From IMG/VR virus record IMGVR_UViG_3300046559_000436, positions 33,261-97,260 of that record: 64,000 nucleotides of DNA. One strand, written 5' to 3'. Positions 59,265-64,000 of this stretch are shown here, one piece after another. Origin of the DNA: a virus. Numbering within the stretch: the first letter of the stretch is position 1; every line of letters begins with the position of its first letter. Below the pieces are notes generated by a model that was given only the letters and a program-made list of their open reading frames with translations, made no database searches and had not been told where the DNA came from. The position numbers and the translations under genes were made by a program.

Positions 59265-59755
59265 GTAGAGAACAGCGGCTCGCCCAACTGGAGGAGCTGC
59301 TGGCGGAACTCCGGGAGGATACCCAGTACGGCGGGGCGTCCTCCCGGGCTTCCGTGGGGCTTCCTGCGGCCTACGACTACGGGGCGGGCACCCAGGACCG
59401 GGCACTTGCTCCCAGGGCGTGGGAAGCCCATCCCGTGACCGCGCCATCTCCGATCCTGGATCAACAGGGTCGCGTGATTGCGTACGGTTACGCGCCAGTT
59501 CAGCTTCCAGAGCAGTCCGGCCCGAAGATCGATGTCTGGACACAAAGGTTGATCGCCGGGTCGGTGTTTGTCGGAACGGTTTCGGTCAGTGGAGTGTTCC
59601 TGCTCCACGCTGCCGCTGCCGCAATGGTCCCGCTCGCGTTGATAGCGTTGATCGCTGTGTCGGCTGCATACTTGAAGCACTCCTCTCGATCCGGCGGTGG
59701 TAGAGGAGAAGCCAACATCAGTATCAACGTGAAGGTGAATCAGCGAAATGGGTGA
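59261..59755 (+). CDS. Membrane protein resembling actinomycete plasmid Spd-type proteins
   Basis: Pro-rich N-terminus, D...QRL.AG, two TM segments, Gly-rich tail. Confidence 0.45.
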   Translation: MSREQRLAQLEELLAELREDTQYGGASSRASVGLPAAYDYGAGTQDRALAPRAWEAHPVTAPSPILDQQGRVIAYGYAPVQLPEQSGPKIDVWTQRLIAGSVFVGTVSVSGVFLLHAAAAAMVPLALIALIAVSAAYLKHSSRSGGGRGEANISINVKVNQRNG

Positions 59756-60546
59756 GATCTCTCTTCGCCGATCGTGGGCGGCCCCGGTAGTGCTGACTGC
59801 TACCGGGGTTGTCTGCGTGTTTGGGTTGTGGGCTGTCAGCAAGTCGGACAAGCCTTCCCCCAAATCCTCGTCCGAGGTGGCGGTGTCGGCCCCTACCTAC
59901 CAGGACATTGCCGGATGGAAACTGGAGACGTTCGGCGAACTTGCTGACGTCACGGCGGTAGATCAGCTGCTGAATGTTAGCAACTTCCAGACCGGAACGT
60001 CGGGTAGGGTGCTATGCCCCGACCTGTTGGCCGAGACTACCCGGGCCATGAACGTCATCCACCCAGCCCCGGACGACCAGATGCAGAAGGAGCTAGTCAC
60101 GATGTTGAACAGTTACAAGTCAGCCGGTGACAAGTGCGTGGCCGGTGATGTCAGCGGGTCATTCAACGACCTACGAATCGCCGAGAAGGCGCAGAAGGAG
60201 TTGGGACTCAGGTGATCAAGTCCGACCTGATCCGAGAGCTTAGCAAGATCGAGGAAGCTCTCAGGTGGGCCGAGAAGCATCTGTGCCTCACCAATGAGGC
60301 CAACGCCGCTCTCCACTGCAACGAACGGGTGTTCTATAGCCCGTTGACCACTCAGGTGCACGAGGCCAGGGAGTCGGCGTCTCGCATCCTTGTCGAACTG
60401 ACGGAGACCCCCAGGGATCAGACTGGCGCCCAGGACAAGGAGTAGGGTAGAATGGTGGGTGTAGGCGCGGTTGTTCTGGGGTAGGTCCGCTGCGTCAGCT
60501 GAGAGCCTCCGGCTTCTGCGGTCAACGCCGTTGCCGGGGGCTCTCG

Positions 60547-61092
60547 GTGTATCCAGAGGAGGTTGGTGCTGTGGTCAAGGTAGACGACGAGTATTTCGAT
60601 GAAGACGCCGAGGGTGCGCAGCTGGCGCGAGAAAAGGCCGTCGCCAGGCTTGGCAAGATTCACTCCGCCATGCAGATGAAGATTTCGGGAGCCGACTGGC
60701 CAGAAATCGCTGCAGAACTTGGGTACGGCAGCGCGGACGCGGCGGCCAGGGACGTCCATCAGGCTCTTGAAGAGGAGATGCTCAACAACGAGCGATTCTC
60801 TACCGAAGTCATTCGCATGATTCAGCTCAAGCGTCTGGACGCCATCTATCAGGGGCTGGAGCCAGGCATTGCCCGAGGCAACGCCAGATCCGGAGATATT
60901 GCAGTCAAAGCCATCGACCGGATCTCCAAGCTGGCCGGTCTTGATGCTCCTCTCAGAACCCAGTCCCAGGTAGACATCGACATCAACGTGGTGTCTGCAG
61001 AGATCGAGCGCACAAAGCGTGAGATCGCCGTCAAGAGAGCCGAACTCGAAGCGTCCGGCATCATCGACGCCACGATTGTGGAAGAGCGATGA
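60547..61092 (+). CDS. Terminase small subunit-like HTH protein
   Basis: M...G..W.EIA..LGY....A..DV..AL, RLD, AID...KL.GLDAP. Confidence 0.65.
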   Translation: MYPEEVGAVVKVDDEYFDEDAEGAQLAREKAVARLGKIHSAMQMKISGADWPEIAAELGYGSADAAARDVHQALEEEMLNNERFSTEVIRMIQLKRLDAIYQGLEPGIARGNARSGDIAVKAIDRISKLAGLDAPLRTQSQVDIDINVVSAEIERTKREIAVKRAELEASGIIDATIVEER

Positions 61093-61620
61093 GAGAAAAG
61101 ATCAAAGTTCGAAAACTCATGGGGCGCTGGTACGTGAGTTCCCCACCTGTGGGCTTCGGTGGTCGGGACTGGGTATTGTGCTCTTCCCATGCCGAAGCCC
61201 TGAGCAAGGCTGTATTGGTAGTGTCTCATCGGATCGCCCCGCAAAATCTTTACGCGAACACGTCAATGGAAGGATGGGCACCGTGGACACTGAAAGCACC
61301 CCGCCTCTGAAGAGAGAGATTCTCCTGTGCGGCGGCCCTCACCGTGGCGAATGGGTAGAGGTTCCGATCCACTCGTCGTCCTACTACGCGGCCAAGTTCG
61401 CCCAGCCCCGAATGTCTCTGTTGTCCGACGGCCCCCCCGAGATGGCAATGGAGAGCCACCGCTACGACATTCAGCCGATCACCACTGGGGACAGGCAGGT
61501 GGTGTGGGTCGGAATTCACCAAGACGTGAACCCGAGCCAGCGGGAGAGAGCGATCGCCAGAGAGCTGTTCCAGCGTGACGTGTACGCGCGGGTGTACGGC
61601 CTGGATCGTTGATAGTCCGC

Positions 61621-61650
61621 TTGACAAGCGTGATTGTCGCATGGTAGAAT
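61621..61650 (+). promoter_or_regulatory. Sigma70/HrdB-type promoter
   Basis: ttgaca-N18-tagaat. Confidence 0.8.
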
Positions 61651-61687
61651 TTTTCTTGTTGAAGCTGAGCAAGGAGACCTACCTAAA

Positions 61688-62425
61688 ATGAGCCACTCCC
61701 GCCTTTCGCACATCGTAGCGGTGGAGAAGTCCGTCAAGGGCAACGCCGCTGCCACTCTGACCACCGCGCACCACCAGCTCCAGCGGAACGAGCTGACCAA
61801 GGGCATCACCCGGGTCTACCGACCGCTGAACGAGAACGATCACGTTCTGCCGTCCGAGGCGACTCGGGTTCAGATCAGCGCCGAAACCGTGATCGAGGGC
61901 ATCCAGAAGGACCTCGTCCGGCTGTTCGACGTCACCGTGACCAAGGACCAGGGCAACCTGGTGGCCCACGCGGACGTCGTCATCGACGGCCAGGTGCTGG
62001 TGTCTCAGGCCACGGTTCCGACGCTGCTCTTCCTGGAGAAGCAGCTGGTCGACCTGACCACCTTCATCAAGAAGCTTCCGGTGCTGGACCCGTCCGAGCA
62101 CTGGGTGAAGGACGACAACACCGGCCACTACAAGACCCAGGTGGTCGAGAACTTCCGCACCAACAAGGTCTACCGCAACCACGTGAAGGCGGAGGCCACC
62201 GACAAGCACCCGGCCCAGGTCGAGGTCTACCAGGCCGATGAGCCGGTCGGCGTGTGGTCCACGGTGAAGTTCTCCGGCGCCCTGCAGGCCAGCCGAGTGA
62301 AGGAGCTGACCGATCGAGTGGTCAAGCTCCAGGAGGCCGTCAAGGTCGCCCGCGAGGAGGCCAACGCCACCGAGGTCGAGAACAAGACCATGGGCGAGGC
62401 CGTGCTAGGATGGCTGTTCGCCTGA
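61688..62425 (+). CDS. Uncharacterised helical-hairpin/beta protein (recalled as DUF7873-like; needs verification)
   Basis: L..IVAVEK, GI.R.Y.P, TKD..N..A.ADV.IDG, LLFLEKQL, LP.LDP...W, AT.KHPAQV, FSGAL, AVK.ARE.AN. Confidence 0.75.
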   Translation: MSHSRLSHIVAVEKSVKGNAAATLTTAHHQLQRNELTKGITRVYRPLNENDHVLPSEATRVQISAETVIEGIQKDLVRLFDVTVTKDQGNLVAHADVVIDGQVLVSQATVPTLLFLEKQLVDLTTFIKKLPVLDPSEHWVKDDNTGHYKTQVVENFRTNKVYRNHVKAEATDKHPAQVEVYQADEPVGVWSTVKFSGALQASRVKELTDRVVKLQEAVKVAREEANATEVENKTMGEAVLGWLFA

Positions 62426-62504
62426 CGGTGATCGTCGCCCTGCGGCGGGGTGATGCTCGGTACAGTCCACGCCCGAGCGTCGCCCGGCGGTTCGGCGACC
62501 GTCT

Positions 62505-62820
62505 TAGAAGCTGAGGTTAAGTTTCAGGCTAAAATCGCGGTAAAGTCCAGGTTCGAGCCCTGGCTGGCGCACTTCGAGCGCCGGTGGCCCAATTGGTAGA
62601 GGCAGCCGCTTTGAAGCTCAGATTCTCGCCACAAGCTCCTTAAAACAACCAAACACGGTTCTTCTAACACGCAGAAACTGCGGTAATGTCCGGGGTTCGA
62701 ATCCCTGCTCCGCCTCTGCCCTAACGGGCGCTGTAACACTCCTCGGCGGAGGACCAACGGTGGCTGTTGGATTGCCTCTTAGATTCAGATCTGCGAACTT
62801 GCGGCCGTGTGGAGTTATTA
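62505..62820 (+). ncRNA. Structured RNA with two tandem circularly permuted tRNA-like domains (YrlA-like topology)
   Basis: In each domain the T-arm and 3' acceptor strand precede the 5' acceptor strand and D-arm; pairings checked by hand (see findings). Confidence 0.75.
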
Positions 62821-62827
62821 CACTATC

Positions 62828-62866
62828 GAAGCCCGGGGCTATGGGTAAGCCCCGGGCTTTTTCTTT
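62828..62866 (+). terminator. Intrinsic terminator
   Basis: aagcccggggct...agccccgggctt followed by tttcttt. Confidence 0.85.
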
Positions 62867-63236
62867 GTCTAAATACTTGACTGTGAGGAACGTTTCTGAT
62901 AAGATAGACAGATGACAGAGGTAAAGCTCACCAAGCTTTCATTGGCCTCTAGGCTCAAGAAGGCTGCGACAGATCTCTATGAGTTTCTGGAGAATCCGAA
63001 ATCCGTCAGTCACCCTGACGCGTTTCTGTTGGCCACGGCTCATCTGATAGATGTCACCTCTGTTGAGCTGGAAGCGGAAATAACTTCCTTGAAGCGCACG
63101 CTCGGTGGTCAGACCGCCAAGATCGCTCATCAAGGCGACGTAATCAAGAGGCTGGAAACCGAGACCGCAGGGTTGAAGGCTACTCTCGACAAGGCTCGGA
63201 ACGATAAGAGCCCGGCAGTAGGGATGGCATCAGGTT

Positions 63237-63749
63237 ATGGTAGTGATTGAGACGCCTCAGATCGGCGACGTCGGTTTGGTCAGAGTCAAAGGACTGACCG
63301 GGTGGTTCATCGACCTCGGACAGGAGTTGAACGGCTCCAAGGAAGTAGACGCCAAGTTCGAGCACGCTCTGATGTATACGGGCGGTGGCGAGGCGCTGGA
63401 AGGTCAGCCTGGCGGTGCGGTCATCGACAGTCTCGCAGGTCGCTACGGATCTCGTGAGATTACCTGGGTCCGACCGCTGCCCGGCATCGACCAGGACCAG
63501 ATGTCGGCGCTCGTGGTTGAGGCCACCAGGTTGGTGGGGACGAAATACTCGTTCCTGGACTACGCGGCGTTGGCTATCAAGCGGTTCCACCTGCCCGTTC
63601 CAGGGGTTGAGAAGAGGGTCATCTCGACCAAACATATGATCTGTTCTCAGATTATTGTCGAAGTCTACCGAAACTCGGGCGTGGCCAACCTGTTCCCGGG
63701 GAGGTCGTCTGGGTACGTCACTCCGGCTGACTACGCGGTGTTCAGATGA
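63237..63749 (+). CDS. Permuted papain-like (YiiX/NlpC-P60) enzyme
   Basis: GD, HA..Y.G, E..P.G, G..YS, ICSQ.....Y, VTP.D. Confidence 0.8.
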   Translation: MVVIETPQIGDVGLVRVKGLTGWFIDLGQELNGSKEVDAKFEHALMYTGGGEALEGQPGGAVIDSLAGRYGSREITWVRPLPGIDQDQMSALVVEATRLVGTKYSFLDYAALAIKRFHLPVPGVEKRVISTKHMICSQIIVEVYRNSGVANLFPGRSSGYVTPADYAVFR

Positions 63750-64000
63750 AAGCCCTCAACAGTAGATGGGACAAGTTAAATCGGAAGTACCACCTGTACC
63801 ATTGGTGGAAGAGCGTCATATTTCTGGGCGTTCTAGGCTTGATCGAACTGTACGTCGCGTTAACTCCAGGGGTTCACAGATAGTGCTTGTTCTGGCTTGG
63901 TTTCTGATCGTCTGTTTTCTAATCTCTTGCATCTCCTCGCTGGTGATGGTTGGGATGCTGATCTTCGAGGTCTGGGTCCGGTGGGTGGGACCGGCCTTTT

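Noticed and set aside
62578-62720. A conventional intron-containing tRNA formed from the 5' half at 62578 and the T-arm at 62691
   Set aside because: gcgccgg does not pair with ctccgcc. Each acceptor strand pairs fully only in the permuted arrangement.

Overview
A 64 kb slice of a large, high-GC actinobacteriophage genome. The host is probably Streptomyces or a relative, inferred from SsgA-like and TraB-like genes. Layout: minor tail and lysis genes (1-7.3 kb); recombination/replication genes with a tRNA and structured-RNA cluster (7.4-26 kb); nucleotide metabolism and host-manipulation genes (24.7-38 kb); an AT-rich repeat region followed by about 11 promoter-hairpin-RBS-ORF cassettes (38.1-46 kb); a minus-strand block with a plasmid-type FtsK/TraB-Spd module, Pnk plus RNA ligase, an RNAP alpha-CTD mimic and two HNH genes (46.2-58.4 kb); and a plus-strand block with a terminase-small-subunit-like gene. 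Main findings: (1) a self-contained operon in which one uncharacterised protein gene is followed by two tandem circularly permuted tRNA-like RNA domains (61.6-62.9 kb); (2) a 2-aminoadenine (Z-genome) pathway with PurZ0-type synthetase, a phage-encoded PurB, a divergent family A polymerase and an NDT-dUTPase fusion, with no visible DatZ; (3) a GGDEF cyclase lacking the I-site, plus SsgA; (4) two copies of a GAAGACC-iteron origin-like element about 43 kb apart; (5) dispersed GTTC/GAAC motif clusters. All calls come from reading motifs by eye; no database searches or computations were run.
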